Assembly: GCA_963575745.1 (NCBI GenBank)
Contig: CAUYUJ010000048.1
Span: 248,001 to 312,000 of the forward strand
From: Prorocentrum cordatum
Taxonomy: Eukaryota
Length of the DNA stretch: 64,000 bases
Direction: 5' to 3'
The notes beneath the pieces were generated by a model. That model worked only from the letters and a program-made list of their open reading frames with translations. It made no database searches and was not told the DNA's origin. Below, piece by piece: positions 25,775 through 38,509 of the stretch (positions are counted from its first letter, which is position 1; each line of letters starts with the position of its first letter). The position numbers and the translations under genes are program-made.

Positions 25775-26115
25775 TCTGCGAGGGCCCGAGGGCCTCCGGA
25801 GGGCCCCGAGGGGGCCCATACGAGGACGTCGAGACGATCCACTCGGCAATTCGCGCCTGCAGGTTGACCGTTCCGACAGGCGCGAGCCCGCGCGAATCCA
25901 GCGCGCATGCAGGCCCACCTGCGCACGCGCAAGCCGAACCTCGGCGGCGAGCGGGGGAGGGAAGTGAGAAGGAGGAGGCCTTCTCAGAGGGTGAAGCCAT
26001 CGCGCCTTCTGAGGAGTTGTCGGTGCCTTCGGGGCAGGCGCATGTGGAAAGCTCCTCGGGTGGTTGGGGGGCTTCCGAGCCTTCTGGGAGGGCCCGCCCT
26101 CGTTTCCCCCCTGGG
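25775..26115 (+). repeat. Dispersed ~340-bp repeat with an inverted copy at ~32690-33045
   Basis: GAATCCAGCGCGCATGCAGGCCCAC...AAGCCGAACCTCGGCGGCGAGCG is reverse-complemented at ~32855-32920. Confidence 0.8.
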
Positions 26116-26596
26116 CTGGCCGCCGAAGGAAGATGAGGTCTAGAGCTCTGGTCGCGATGTCTTCCCACGGCGTCACGTGCATGCTTCACTCCGTCGGATA
26201 TCAGGGGAGGAGGGGACCGATCGCAAGGGGGAAGCACAGCATGTCAGCATCCACGGCCTGGCGGTGTGGACTCCAAATACAGGGAGGCTTTGCGAGCCCC
26301 TCGCCGAGGCGGAACGCGTCTCGGTGTCCAGACCAGCGAAAAAAAACAGTTTGGGTATGGATACGTTCGGTGTTCGTGGGTCGAAGTGCGGAAGTGTTTT
26401 GGCAGTGTCGGCTTCTTGAACACCCGTTGTGAACCTTGGGTGCGTTTCCAATGGCTCCAGGGTGAGCCATCACGCGTCAGTGTGGGCCTCTGGTGGGTCC
26501 GGGAACCGACCTATAGGGAGTGGAGCTTGGCGGTGGGGAGCTAGGCCCGGCCGCGCAGCAGCCGCGCGCGCGCAGCGTGTCTTCCTCGTGCCAGGG

Positions 26597-26791
26597 TCGG
26601 GGGCGGAAAAGAGGGGGGTGATGACTTTTGGGGGGGTGGATATCATGGCGGGGGCCATGATATCTCCCCAGATTTCATGGCGCGTCTTCTTGTTTCATTA
26701 CGTCCCCAGCCCCCCGCCTGGGCCGCGCACGTGCCGCCGGTCATGATTTGCAGCCCCCCCTCTTGGACGCCCCCCTCTTTGCCGCTCCCGA
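26597..26791. mobile_element. MITE family D (~195 bp); second copy at ~42274-42472
   Basis: TIRs TCGGGGGCGGAAAAGAGGGGGG / CCCCCCTCTTTGCCGCTCCCGA. The internal sequence is shared between both copies. Confidence 0.75.
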
Positions 26792-27059
26792 GCATCCAAA
26801 GTCCACGGTTTCAACAGCTTCGAGTGAGGTTTTCTGTTTCGGGGGGCGTCTTCGCGTCCGGAGGCAGTGTTCGGTGTCCGGTGCAGTCCACCGGCGCGAT
26901 GTGAGACGAAATGATTTGATCCTGGGTGGGAGGGGTCGGGACCTTCTGGGAGCGCCGCGCTGGAAGCAGTCGCGTCGTCGGAGGTCTCGGGGGGGGGGGG
27001 AGGCGCAGAAGCGGAGGGAAGGGAACACGATCGAGATTTGAAGATGCGATGCTTTGGTA

Positions 27060-27231
27060 CAGTCAAGTCGCACAATAAGGATGCGCGGTAAGAGTGCAAG
27101 GGCCTTGGAATTCCATGTTGACGTTTCTCGAACGGGGTTGGCCAGCGAAAATCGCCAAGGATGGGCCGAAGGGGTAAGGATGCAATGGGTAATCTTGGAA
27201 AGTTGCTCATCCTTACTATGCGACCTGACTG
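27060..27231. mobile_element. Tc1/mariner-type MITE (TA TSD, CAGT...ACTG termini); copies at 50568-50721 and ~55095-55432
   Basis: TA|CAGTCAAGTCGCACAATAAGGATG ... CATCCTTACTATGCGACCTGACTG|TA. Confidence 0.75.
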
Positions 27232-27984
27232 TATGTTGTCATGCCCGTTTCAGCCTCCCGGGCCGCCCTCCTGACTAAAGCTGGTTCCGCTTTGAAAGTC
27301 TGGTTCGAACGTACCGCTCGAGAGGTCCAGAGGAGATGGTTGGAGATAGGAGGAGGAGGAGGAGGAGGAGGAGGAGGAGGAGGAGGAGGAGGATGAGGAG
27401 GAGGAGGAGGAGGAGGTGAGGAGGCAGGAAGCAGAGGAGGAGGAGGAGGAGGAGGAGGAAGAAGACCAGAGTAAACCCAGGATGCGCCAACGATGTTGAA
27501 GGACATCCTCCCGTCCCAAGTCCGCTTCTCACGAGCCCATACAAGTAGAACGGGGCCTCCTCTTCATACAAGTGTCCCACGGATCTGCTATTCCGTGGTG
27601 TTTTTTTTCAGGTCAAGCCGTCAAGCCATGTCAAGGCGAGTTATTTCGAACAACGCAGCTGGGCCGACTTGCAACGAGACTTCTTCAATCTCTTGTCACA
27701 CGGGCACGGAGCATTGCGTTGGTCATGACGATCCAGATCCTTATACTTGCCCCGCCGTGTGTGTGTGTGTGTGTGAGGGGGGCACTGGACTGCTGGACCT
27801 ACAGTGCGTATTTCAAAAATGACCGCGGCAAGGCCACATTCCCAGATTGCGCCACATGTTCGTCTCCAACGTATTCCAGTGCCGCATACCTTGCTACATG
27901 CTCAGCTGCGAGCAACCAGTGTTGCAATGAATGTACATACCTTCCGGTGATAACGAGGCTCGGGGGGATGAACGAGCGTCTTAC

Positions 27985-28500
27985 TAACTCGATATTGCTA
28001 TCGATCTTACTATCGAGCTCACTATCGATCTCACTATCGATATCATTATCGATACCAGTATCGGCATCACGGTCGAACTATCAATCTCATTATCGACCTT
28101 ACTGTCGATCTCACTATCGGTCTCACCTTCGCTCTCACGATCGGTCACACTGTCGATCTCACGAAGGGACATTCACGGGACATCACCATTAATTTCACTA
28201 TCGTTTTTACCAGCGATCTCACTGGCGATCTCACTAGCGGTCTCACTAGAGATCTCGCTAGCTATCTCATTATCGATCTCACACCATCGATCTCCCTATC
28301 GACCTCACTATCGGTCTCACGATCGATCTCACTACTGATCACACTATCGATCTCGACGGGGCACCAACGGGACACCGACCGGACACCGACGGGACACCGA
28401 CGTGGCACCGACGGGACACCGACGGGACACCGACGGGCCACCACGGGACACCGACCGGACACCGACGGGACACCGACGGGAAACGACGGGACACCACGGC
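27985..28500. repeat. 12-bp (TCACTATCGATC) array followed by 11-bp (ACGGGACACCG) array
   Basis: Direct observation of tandem units. Confidence 0.85.
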
Positions 28501-28809
28501 AGGCAACCCCCCGGCCACCGCCGGACATCGGGGGGGGGGGCGGTCTTTTGGTCCGGCGGCGCCCTAGCTAGAGGAGGGTCCATTATTTTCGCTCGCCCAC
28601 GCAGTTTCGCCTTGCCCGCCTGAACGACACGAACACGAAGCCGAAACCGACTTCCTGGTGGGGGGCTCTCCGTTTCACTGCGATCTCACCCTTTCACTTC
28701 CGACAGACACCAGGTACGGATCGGTTGAGGCTCGTGGTGGAGGAAGTGGAAATTACTCCAAGCAGAGAGGCGTTTCTTTCAAGACCACCGACTGCCGAAA
28801 CCGGAGGGA

Positions 28810-30045
28810 AGGCCTTTCCTAGGCCTGCCCATACCCTACCCTAGGCCTACCCCTAGGTCCTCCCCTTAGGCCTACCTTGGGCTTAGGCCCTTCCCCTAGG
28901 CTTTCCTTAGGTCTACCCCTAATTTGGCCCTTACCCTAGGCCTTCCCTAGGCCTACCCCTAAGCCCTTCCCCTAGGCCTGCCCCAGACTTACCCCTAGGC
29001 TTGCCCGAGGCCTACCCCGAAGCCCTTCCCCTAGGCCTACCCGGGGCCCACCCCTCCGCCCGCCCGTCCCGGCCCGCCCGTTCGGATGCACGTGTGCTCG
29101 CTCGTGTATGCCCCACACGTTAATGTCCCGCCCGCCAGACCCGAGCCGCCCGTTACGGTCCGTCCCGTCCGACACGAGCCGTCCGCGAAGGTCTGCCCGC
29201 CCGACCCGACCCGCCCGTTAGGGTTCACGCGTGCTCGCTCGTGTTCGCCCCACAGTTTCAATGTCCCGCCCGCCCGACCCGAGCCGCCCGCCAGGGTCCG
29301 CCCGCCCGACCCCCGTTAGGGTCCGCCCGCCCGACCCGACCCCTCCGTTAGGGTTCACGCGTGCGCGCTCGTGTATGCCCCACATTTTAATGTCGCGCCC
29401 GAACGACCCGCCCGTCAGGGTCCGCCCGCCCGGCCCGAACCGCCCGTCAGGGTTCACGCGTGCTCGCTCGTGTATGCCCTGCGTTTTAATGTCCCGCCCG
29501 CTCGACCCGCCCGCTAGGGTCCGCCCGCCCGACCCGACCCACCAGTTAGGGTTCACGCGTGCCCGCCAGTGTATGCCCCACACTTTGATGTCCCGCCCGA
29601 CCCGACACGCACGTTCGGGTCCGCCCGCCCGACACAATCCGCCCGTTGGGGTTCACGCGTGCTCGCTCGCTTACGCCCCTAGGCCCTAGGCCTCTCCTGG
29701 GTCTACCCCTAGGCAGTTCCCCAAGGCCTGCCCTAGGCCTACCCCTAGGCCCTTCCCCTGGGCCGACCCTAGGCCTACCCGCCTACCCATAGGCCCTCCC
29801 CTTAGGCCTTCCCTGGGCCTACCCCTGGGCCCTTTCCCTAGGCCTACCCCACGCCCACGCCCTACGCGTACGTCAAACTTGTCCGTACGGTCTGGGGTAC
29901 TACCCAAGGCTACCCTAGGGCCTTGGGTAGGCCCTACCCAAAGCTACCCTAGGGCCTTGGGTAGGCATTACCCTAGGCTACCCTAGTCTAGGGCCTTGGG
30001 TCGGCCCTGCCCTAGGTTACCATGGGGCCTTGGGTAGGCCCCAGG
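28810..30045. repeat. CCTAGG-rich satellite blocks flanking a ~110-120-bp tandem array (GGGTTCACGCGTGCTCGCTCGTGTATGCCCC)
   Basis: CCCTAGGCCT variants at 28810-29045 and 29680-30045. The inner array spans 29085-29670. Confidence 0.8.
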
Positions 30046-30848
30046 GCAGCATTCCCCCCCCCGGGTTCTATACCCCGACTGTGCAGTTCCCAACGGTGTT
30101 GCTGCATCTTTTGAATGTTGCGCAGGGGATGGGTGCAACGGAGAGAAGAAGGTGCTTGAGTAGCAATGGGGCGTGCACGGGTTTCCTCCATGGTGACCTT
30201 ATTTTGCGGGGTCCATTTGCCGTGAAGTAGCCTGAGTCGCCATCAAGGGCCGTAGTGTACGCAATGATCTGAGTCACAGTTCTAGTAATGGCCCAGCTGG
30301 GCCGTTTTGAACCAGCAAATTGAATTTTGAAGCTGATCAGTGTATCTGTCCAACGGGTCTCCAGAGAACACTGAACCGTTCTCCATCACTGTAGCCCTTC
30401 GACGGGTCAAGATGCAGGACATCGTTGTAGTTCAGTGAGGTATCAAGCGAACACAGCACGTGTTCTAGGAGGTGCCCCGCCCCCCATCCGTGCAACTGAG
30501 GCACGTGCTTCCGCTTCCGTGCATCAGCCCTATCTCGAAAAGGAGCCGCTTTCCACCCGTCGAGCTGTTGGAATATCCGTAAGGGCTTCGCCCCCTGCCG
30601 CCGGCTCCCTCTCTCGGAGAATGGGCCATGGAAGAGCTAAGTCATGAGGCTTTGGCGCTGTCGTGCAGCAGTATCGGAACTTCATGCGAGGCCGATTTGC
30701 AATCGGCAAAACCAATTGATCACAAGAGGGGTTACCACACAGGGCGATTGGTAAGACGTGTATGGTTTACGAACTTGGTTACCACACCTTGGGATTAAAG
30801 GGCCGAGGGAGTACTCGCAGTTTGGGTTACCACGCCTTGCGATGGATG

Positions 30849-31662
30849 TGCGTGAGGGGTGGCACCGAATTTCAGAAATGTGGCAAATCCCCTGTGTTTT
30901 TGGACCCTGACCCCGCGGATCTGCGTGAGGGGTGGCACCGAATTTCAGAAATGTGGCAAATCCCTTGTGTTTTTGGACCCTGACCCCGCGGATCTGCGTG
31001 AGGGGTGGCACCGAATTTCAGAAATGTGGCAAATCCCATGTGTTTTTGGACCCTGACCCCGCGGATCTGCGTGAGGGGTGGCACCGAATTTCAGAAATGT
31101 GGCAAATCCCATGTGTTTTTGGACCCTGACCCCGCGGATCTGCGTGAGGGGTGGCACCGAATTTCAGAAATGTGGCAAATCCCTTGTGTTTTTGGACCCT
31201 GACCCCGCGGATCTGCGTGAGGGGTGGCACCGAATTTCAGAAATGTGGCAAATCCCTGTGTTTTTGGACCCTGACCCCGCGGATCTGCGTGAGGGGTGGC
31301 ACCGAATTTCAGAAATGTGGCAAATCCCCTTGTGTTTTTGGACCCTGACCCCGCGGATCTGCGTGAGGGGTGGCACCGAATTTCAGAAATGTGGCAAATC
31401 CCATGTGTTTTTGGACCCTGACCCCGCGGATCTGCGTGAGGGGTGGCACCGAATTTCAGAAATGTGGCAAATCCCTGTGTTTTTGGACCCTGACCCCGCG
31501 GATCTGCGTGAGGGGTGGCACCGAATTTCAGAAATGTGGCAAATCCCTGTGTTTTTGGACCCTGACCCCGCGGATCTGCGTGAGGGGTGGCACCGAATTT
31601 CAGAAATGTAGCAAATCCCATGTGTTTTTGGACCCTGACCCCGCGGATCTGCGTGAGGGGTG
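30849..31662. repeat. Highly homogeneous 72-74 bp tandem repeat, 11 full units
   Basis: GTGGCACCGAATTTCAG at 30859, 30932, 31005, 31078, 31151, 31224, 31296, 31370, 31443, 31515 and 31587. Confidence 0.95.
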
Positions 31663-33211
31663 TCGATTTCGAGCCCCCCCCCAGCAATTCAGACAACGCG
31701 CCCAGGGGGTGCTAAAAGTCCCGTTTGGGCATCCCCCCCCCTCGCGCGGTCAGTCAATTAGTTACAGTAACCAGCAAGAAGCAGAACTGTAACATTGGAA
31801 ACTACAAGCTACAACTGGTACTGGAAACTGCGAACCCGCGCCTACAGCCTGGTGGCCCCACAAGGGGGCCGGCGGATTTTACGAGGAGCGGACGCGGTGC
31901 TAAAATGACAGCCGCATTTGAAAACGACCTCACCTCTGTCCATGCATCTGTTGGACGCCCTGGTGGACGCCGTGTAGGAGGCGATCTTGGCTGAACGTTG
32001 TGACATCTGCGCTGGCCCCAAACAGCCAGCGAGAGGGTCAATAGGGCAACTACGGCCGCACCACTGTTGGCAGGTCGCGGGTGCAACAGGAGCGTGAACT
32101 TACAGCAGCTAGGAGCGTCCAATGAGGCACCAGCTTGCCAGTCTGTGTCCCGCGGACATGTCTTGTGCCCAGCAGGACTGGGGACTCCCCTGAAGTTCTG
32201 GGGAGCAGCAGGGGACTCTATAAAGATGGACGGCGACCGCGCGCCGACGTGCCTCGAATCATGACCTCCTGCCGCGTGCCAGGGCGAGCGAAAACCCTCT
32301 GGCCGAAGAGAGCCTCTGCGGACGCCCCTCGGCCCCGAAGTGTGCAGCCCCGAAGTGCCGCCCTCGGCCTCTGGCAGCACCCCGCGCTTCTGCTCCGCGT
32401 GTGCTCGCCAAGCCCACGCGCAGACGGGAGGCGCGGCCGCGTGGCTCTGCGCTGGTGCGCCATGGTTTGGGTGCGTGGTGCAGCTGGCTCTCTCCGAGGA
32501 GGATGTATAAGGAGTCCATGCTGCTACCGTTCGGCCGCTGTCCTGCTTTTGGCCCGTCTGGGAGGCCCTCGTCGCCACCGCTGGGTTCGCCTCGAGATTC
32601 TGGTCAGAACGCGCCCCGGGAGAGGTCTGGGGGGTAGCGGTATGAGTACCTTTCGGTTTCCCCATTCTCGGCGGCGGGCGAGGGGGAGAGATGAGAAGGG
32701 GCGGGCCTTCGCGAGAGGCTGGGAAGTCCCCCCCGGCCTTCCGAGAAGTTTTCTGCGCATTTCCCCGGATACACACAGAACTTCTCAGAAGGCCGGAGGG
32801 CTTCAGTGAAGCCCCGCCGCCTTTTGAGAGGGCCTTCTCCATCTCACTTCCCTCCCTCGCTCGCCGCCGAGGTTCGGCTTGCGCGTGCGCGGGTGGGCCT
32901 GCATGCGCGCTGGATTCGTGTGGGCTCGCGCCTGCCGTAGCGGGCAACCTGCAGGTGCGAGTTTCCGAATGGACCCTCTCGACGTCCTCGCGGGCCCCCT
33001 CGTGGCCCTCCGGAGGCCCTCGGCTCCTCGCAGAGCCTGCCTGAAGCCTTCTGAGGGTCCCTTGGGCTGTCTCGAAATGAGAGTTGCGCCAGGAAGCTTC
33101 ATGGGCCTCACTGTGGCCCCTGATGGACTGCTCTCTACTTTGTGGGGCCCCTCTTATGGCTGCATGGGCGCGTCTTTGCGCCTTCTTGGGTCCACCTGGA
33201 GGGTCATGCGG

Positions 33212-33232
33212 TCCGTAGCCGTTTTGGCCGAG
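33212..33232 (+). other. Relic dinoflagellate spliced leader upstream of the TPR-like gene
   Basis: TCCGTAGCCGTTTTGGCCGAG versus DinoSL TCCGTAGCCATTTTGGCTCAAG; lies 57 nt before the ATG at 33290. Confidence 0.7.
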
Positions 33233-33289
33233 GGCCCCGCCGACGCTGCCGCCGGCGTCGTCCCTGAGGGTGGCGATGCGGCCGCTGGC

Positions 33290-34270
33290 ATGCAGGACAT
33301 TCGGGATGACATCATCGAGGCTGCGCAGGCCAAGGTCTCGTCGGTGGGCCCGGTTCCCGAGGCCCCAAGCATCACGCATTCTGCCAAGAAGATCAAGGAC
33401 CTGCTGACCGAGGACCCCTCCAACCTGGAGCTGATCCTCCGCCTGGGGCTCGCCTACGCGCAGGACGGAGCCTGGCTGAAGTGTGGCAACGTGCTCCAGC
33501 GTGGCTGGGCCCGCGCCGGGGAGCTGGAGGACCCTGCCGAGCGCGCCGCGTACGCCGCCACGCTGGCGGAGGCGCTGCACAAGCAGGGGCAGCACAGGGG
33601 GGCGCTGCAGGCGCTGCTCGCCGCGGACGAGCCGGCCGAGAAGGGCGCGCGCCGGCGGCACTTCTCGCTGCTCTGCGGGGTCCGCTGCGCGCTGGGCGAG
33701 GCCCAGGCGGCGCTGCGCGAGCTGTGCCGGGCCATCGAGGGGCAGGCGTTCGAGGACGTCCTGACAGTCTGGGCCGCGACGCGGTCCGCGCTGCGAGGGG
33801 CGGGCGTCTTCGACGGCGCCCGGGGCGCCGTGGCGCGCGCGGCCGCCACGGAGGCTCGGGCCGAGCGAAAGGGGGGGATGGGGAAAGGGGGAGGGGGTGC
33901 AGACTCTGCTGCGTGCAGCTGGCTTCGGCCCCGCCGCCGGGCCCATCCCTCGATGCATGGGCGCCTCCTGGCGCCGGGAGGCGCCGGGCAAAGCGGCTGC
34001 TTGCGTGAGCTGGTTCTCTGCCCTACCCTTTGCTGCTTTTTCCGTGCCCCCCGAGAGGAGGACCGCGTGCGGCTCAGCACGCTGGACGACCTGGCCGACG
34101 CCACGGCGGGTGAGGCCGGGCGGGACCGCCCCCCTGGCGGCGGGCGGCGCGCAGCCGCGCCGCTGCACCGCCTGAGGATCTCGGCCATGCTGCTGGGGCA
34201 GCGGGCAGGGGTGCTGGCCCGGGCGGCCTTTGCGGCCGCCGGCCGGTGCTGCCAGGGCAGGAGGCGCTGA
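33290..34270 (+). CDS. TPR-like alpha-helical repeat protein (~258 aa); exons 33290-33853 and 34058-34270
   Basis: TPR-like helices (DPSNLELILRLGLAY, LAEALHKQGQHRGALQ, LGEAQAALRELCRAIE) and GC3-rich codons. An in-frame 204-nt GC-AG intron interrupts it. The 3' end is uncertain. Confidence 0.65.
   Translation: MQDIRDDIIEAAQAKVSSVGPVPEAPSITHSAKKIKDLLTEDPSNLELILRLGLAYAQDGAWLKCGNVLQRGWARAGELEDPAERAAYAATLAEALHKQGQHRGALQALLAADEPAEKGARRRHFSLLCGVRCALGEAQAALRELCRAIEGQAFEDVLTVWAATRSALRGAGVFDGARGAVARAAATEARAERKGGMGKGGGGADSAACSWLRPRRRAHPSMHGRLLAPGGAGQSGCLRELVLCPTLCCFFRAPREEDRVRLSTLDDLADATAGEAGRDRPPGGGRRAAAPLHRLRISAMLLGQRAGVLARAAFAAAGRCCQGRRR
33854..34057 (+). mobile_element. Introner-type GC-AG intron, homologous to 45967-46180
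   Basis: AGG-[CTCGGG...CCCGAG]-AGG structure. Internal GGCCCCGCCGCCGGGCCCAT and CGTGAGCTG are shared with the 45967 intron. Confidence 0.8.
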
Positions 34271-36019
34271 GTCGGCCCCCGCGCGGGTGGGCGCGGGGTG
34301 AAGTCGGGCGTGTCCCTCTACAGGGAGAAGATTCAAAAATGTTCAGAGATACTCTGGGGACGATTTGGTCTTCCTTTTTTGTGTGTGTGTGTGTGTATTT
34401 TTTATTTGTCGCCCTAGATCGTAGGGGACACGCCCGACTTAAGCGTGGGGGTGGGGGGGCGGTCTTGGCAGCGGCTCCAGCCACGGCGCGGGCGCGCTGG
34501 CCGCGGCGCTCATGGGCGCGAGGGAGGGGGTCTCCAGAGGGGGGCGGGGAGTGCGGGGGCCGAGATCGCCACGGGGGAGGGGTGGGGGGGAGGATGGTCT
34601 TAGGTTCGCGGCTTGTCGGTTTGGTGCAAGGACGGGCCCTCCCTGGTGGACTCATTGGCAGAACCCCTGGGCAGGGCTGAACGAACTCGGGAAACTCGAC
34701 TCCACACCCAGATAAGGTAATGGAGGCTGCCTCCCGACGAGGGGGGGCAGCCTGGAGGCGCCCTGTGCTGCTGTTTTGGGGTGCTTTGATCGGTTGTGCG
34801 CCCGGCATGGGTGCTGCCGGTGTCGCCGCGGAAGTTGCCCGTTGGAGACATGAGGTCGCCTGCCAAGGGAGAGGCCGCTGTCGGCTTTGGGGAATCATAG
34901 TTGCTGTTGGGCACCGTGTTCACTCTTCTCAGTACCCCGCGTCGGGCGTGCCAATCTGGCACAGGGCTGCTCCTGGCCTGGAACGCCTGGATGTCCGGAC
35001 GTGCTGGGCAGGAGCTCAGAGGCGTAATTTTCCCAGTGCTACTTTTAAGAAGTTGTGGGTGCAAGAACAAACACGATGTCCGCCTGGGCCCGCGTCGGAG
35101 GAGCGGAAATGCGAGCGCAATGGCGCGTGCGGTCGCGCGCGACCCGCCGTTGGTAATAACGTGAATGCGCGGGCGTCGCGGCGACGACCCGCTTTTTCCG
35201 CATCCAAGGAATGCAGACGCGGGGCGGGCCATAATGACCCGCGCAGGGCTCGGCGGGCGGCGCGTGGTCGGTGAGACAGCACGCCGCCTGGCGCGTCTGT
35301 GGCCGCCGTGGGGGGTCCGTAGACAGCTTGGATGCCTACTTGCACGGCCCAGGGGCCGACTTGAGGCGTTCTGGAACACATATCGGGCCACAAGCGGGGA
35401 TGGTCTGAGCGAGCATACACACGCCCTAATGTTTTGCAGCGCCTTCGGCTTGCCAAAGACGTTTGGGGAGCCCTTCGGGAGGCGTTTGAGGGTTCTTGGG
35501 TACCGCTGGGAGGTCGTGTTCAGTCTTCGTTTGTCTGGGGTGTTCTTGGGACCCTCTCAGGGTATCGGGAGGATGTTGGAGCCATCTTGGTCTCTCTTGA
35601 TGTCGTCTTGGACCTTGGAGCTGTCTTGAAGCTGTGTTGGGTGAGCCAGTTGTTTGAGGATCGTTGGGGCATGTTTCGGGGGCGCCTTCCGCCGCCTGCA
35701 AGCCATCTGAAACATCCGAGGGTTGTCACAAGGCGTGCTGCAAGCCATTATGAGCGAGGAACGATGGCCAGGTACGAACATTTACAGATGATTGTTGTTC
35801 CTCGTGTCCGCGCGTGGATCCAAGCAGCGCCTCTGTGCAACATGTGGGGTGTTATCTATTGTGTGACATATATGCGGTGTGACGTATGGGGTGCAATCAA
35901 TCACCTGCTCAACTTGAAGCTGTCCTCCCCACCGCTCGTGCAAACATCCCCCCCTCCCACCCGCAACTTGGTCGCAAGACCTCTTAACCGTGACGGTGGG
36001 TACCACATGGCACTTGGCA

Positions 36020-36471
36020 GCGACGACGCCGACGTCGACGACGACGGAGACGACGACGCCGACGCCGACGACGACGAAGACGACGACGACGCCAATGAAG
36101 ACGACGACGAGGGAGGAGGGAGGAAGACGACGGCGACAACGACGACAACGACGACAACGACGACAACGAGGGAGGAGGGAGGACGGCGACGCCGACGACG
36201 ACAACGACGAGGGAGGAGGGAAGACGACGACGAAACGAAAACGACGACGACGACGGCGACGAAATAGGAGGGCCGACGACAAGACGCCGACGACGGACGA
36301 CGACGACGACGACGACGAGGGAGGAGGAGGAAGGGCGACCACGGCGACAACGACGACGGAAACGACCACGACGCCAAAGAGGACGACGACGACGAACACG
36401 AGGAAAAACACAGGACGACGTAGGCGACGACGACGACGACGCGGGAGGAGGGAGGACGGCGACGACGACGA

Positions 36472-36504
<33 letters not shown>

Positions 36505-36505
36505 C
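36020..36505. repeat. (GAC)n/(GGA)n low-complexity repeat
   Basis: Direct observation. Similar tracts at ~53580-53790 and 59535-59930. Confidence 0.85.
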
Positions 36506-38509
36506 GCAAGAGCGCGCGCGCACGCTTTTGTTGAACATCCGTGTTGCGAAACCTTGGGTTTTTGTAGTTTTTTGGGCACACGATTTTGAAATCCTTCCGA
36601 AACCGAAGGTTTTAGAAGGATTTCGGCATACGCGCGCGACGAGGCGCGCGTCTGCACTTCGTCCCGTTCTTTGCAGAGGATTCTCGCGACGGCACACGCG
36701 CAAGGGCGTTCGACAGATTTCGACATGCGCGCGTGCGAAGCCCGTGTAGGAGCATTTTGTGAACACCTTGAAACACCTATGGTTTTCTTAAGATTTCGCA
36801 AAAGCTCGCGCGGAAGTCTTTTAGCAAACCAGTGTTGCGAAACCATGTGTTATTCTATGTTGTTTTGAAAACTCGATTGCAAAACCTTTCTGGCACCGGA
36901 GGTTTTTGAACGATTTCGGCATGCGCGCGCGACGACGCGCGCGTGTGCACTTCGTCACATATGTTGCAAATTATTCGCGGACAAGTGTTATGTTATAACA
37001 AACAATGCCACCGCATAGTGTTGTTTAACAAAGAACGGGAAACCTCAGGGGGGTAATCCAGGTGGCCTGGGATAGAGTGAATTCATAGTTAGGGTGGACA
37101 TGTGGTCATAATCGTATTTGATTTACATACCCGAAAAGGGGGAGTGATAACGCCAGGGGGGGTAGAGTCTACTCTTTTTTTTAAAAAGGAGACTGTACGG
37201 GAGGGAACCTTTTTGGTGGGGCCTTATCCACGGGGATTTGATCGTCTGACCGCGAGCGGGAAACCCGTAGCGGATTGTTTCATCTTTTCGCAAATGCCAG
37301 ACTAGTCGATGGTCGCACCAGCTGACCGCAAATTAAGTTTCCGGGGGGCGTTCCTCAGCTAACCGCGCACGAAATTATGATTTGTGTATGGCGCCGAATC
37401 ATTTGGTCGCGAATCAGGAAGCCCTTCGACGGAACCCCCACCATCTGATCACCACTAAGGCTATTTTGGCAAGCCTTGTCGTCGGAGCATCTACGGCGAG
37501 AGCTTGAGGGCAACCCTGTCCTACCAACTGCCCGGGAACAGGGACAGTCGCAGCGGGCCTTCCCACTTGAGTGCAGAACGAAAAGGATCGCTTGAGGGGG
37601 CCGTAGCGCCATGCAGCGTCGAGACCATCGTAGACAGGTAGGACAAGAGAGTATTGCAACCACAGACACCCAGAGCCGTCTGTGGCCGCATGTTGGGGCT
37701 CGTTGCGGCGGGTGGGCTGCGATTGGTGGCGGGGGGGCGGGAGGCGACCACCCACGGGGCTTCGGGGCGGCATTCAGGACTCGCAGCAGATTCGGACTTG
37801 AGGCACCATACGGCACGGACCATGGGGCATCATCCGTAAGGCACCAGGGGGTGCAACCAGAAATCGCCGCAGACCTGGGCATCATCTAGCACCAACCTGG
37901 TGAGTCATAGGGGACTCTCCTTTGGGCGCCAGGGCGGCAACCAGAACTCGTTGCAGACATGTCCAATTATCTTTGAACAAGTGGGAACCGCCGTTTACAA
38001 ACACTGTTCGGAAGCGAGTATTCGCAAGAAAGCGTTTTCGTCGAACACGGACAGGGGCCCAGCACACACCAACCATTACAGCGGGGAGGCGGCTTCTGCA
38101 GTGATCACCACGCGCGAGAAACACACATACATGTTACTGTTTGTTTTGCAGTAGCGCGCAAGGGGGGATCTTCCTCAAACCTCGTTTAGCGTCTAATGGG
38201 TGAGAAGTTTTGGCGTCTTCAGGAAGCAGCTCATTGGTACGTGTTCCGGAACCTCTACAATCGAATAACAACTACGCTACCGAAGAACCCCACAGGCGTT
38301 ACGATAGCTGACGTGAAACTTGCGAGAATGATGCAGGTGGCCGTTGCGTCGCCGATACCTTTGGTGGTGCCGGTCAAGCTTTGAGAGCCTGAGTGCCCTG
38401 AATGGGTCCAGAAAGGGCAAAAGCCTGGGCGTTCTTGGCTAACCGCCACTTTGACCCCACCAGCTGTCTGGGCCTTCCACGTCGCGCAAAGAGCCGATGC
38501 CGCGCTCAA

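Noticed and set aside
28810..30045. Telomere-like repeats
   Set aside because: CCCTAGG variants are irregular and differ from a TTTAGGG array; treated as satellite.
30849..31662. CRISPR-like regular array
   Set aside because: No unique spacers, whole units repeat, no cas genes, and the context is eukaryotic.
31802..34336. 844-aa minus-strand ORF
   Set aside because: Antisense shadow of the GC-rich TPR-like gene plus dispersed repeats; no domain signal.
27480..38480. Short coding-like unique stretches (~27500-27980, 30070-30450 minus, 37890-38480)
   Set aside because: Interrupted by stops with no recognisable motif; no product can be supported.
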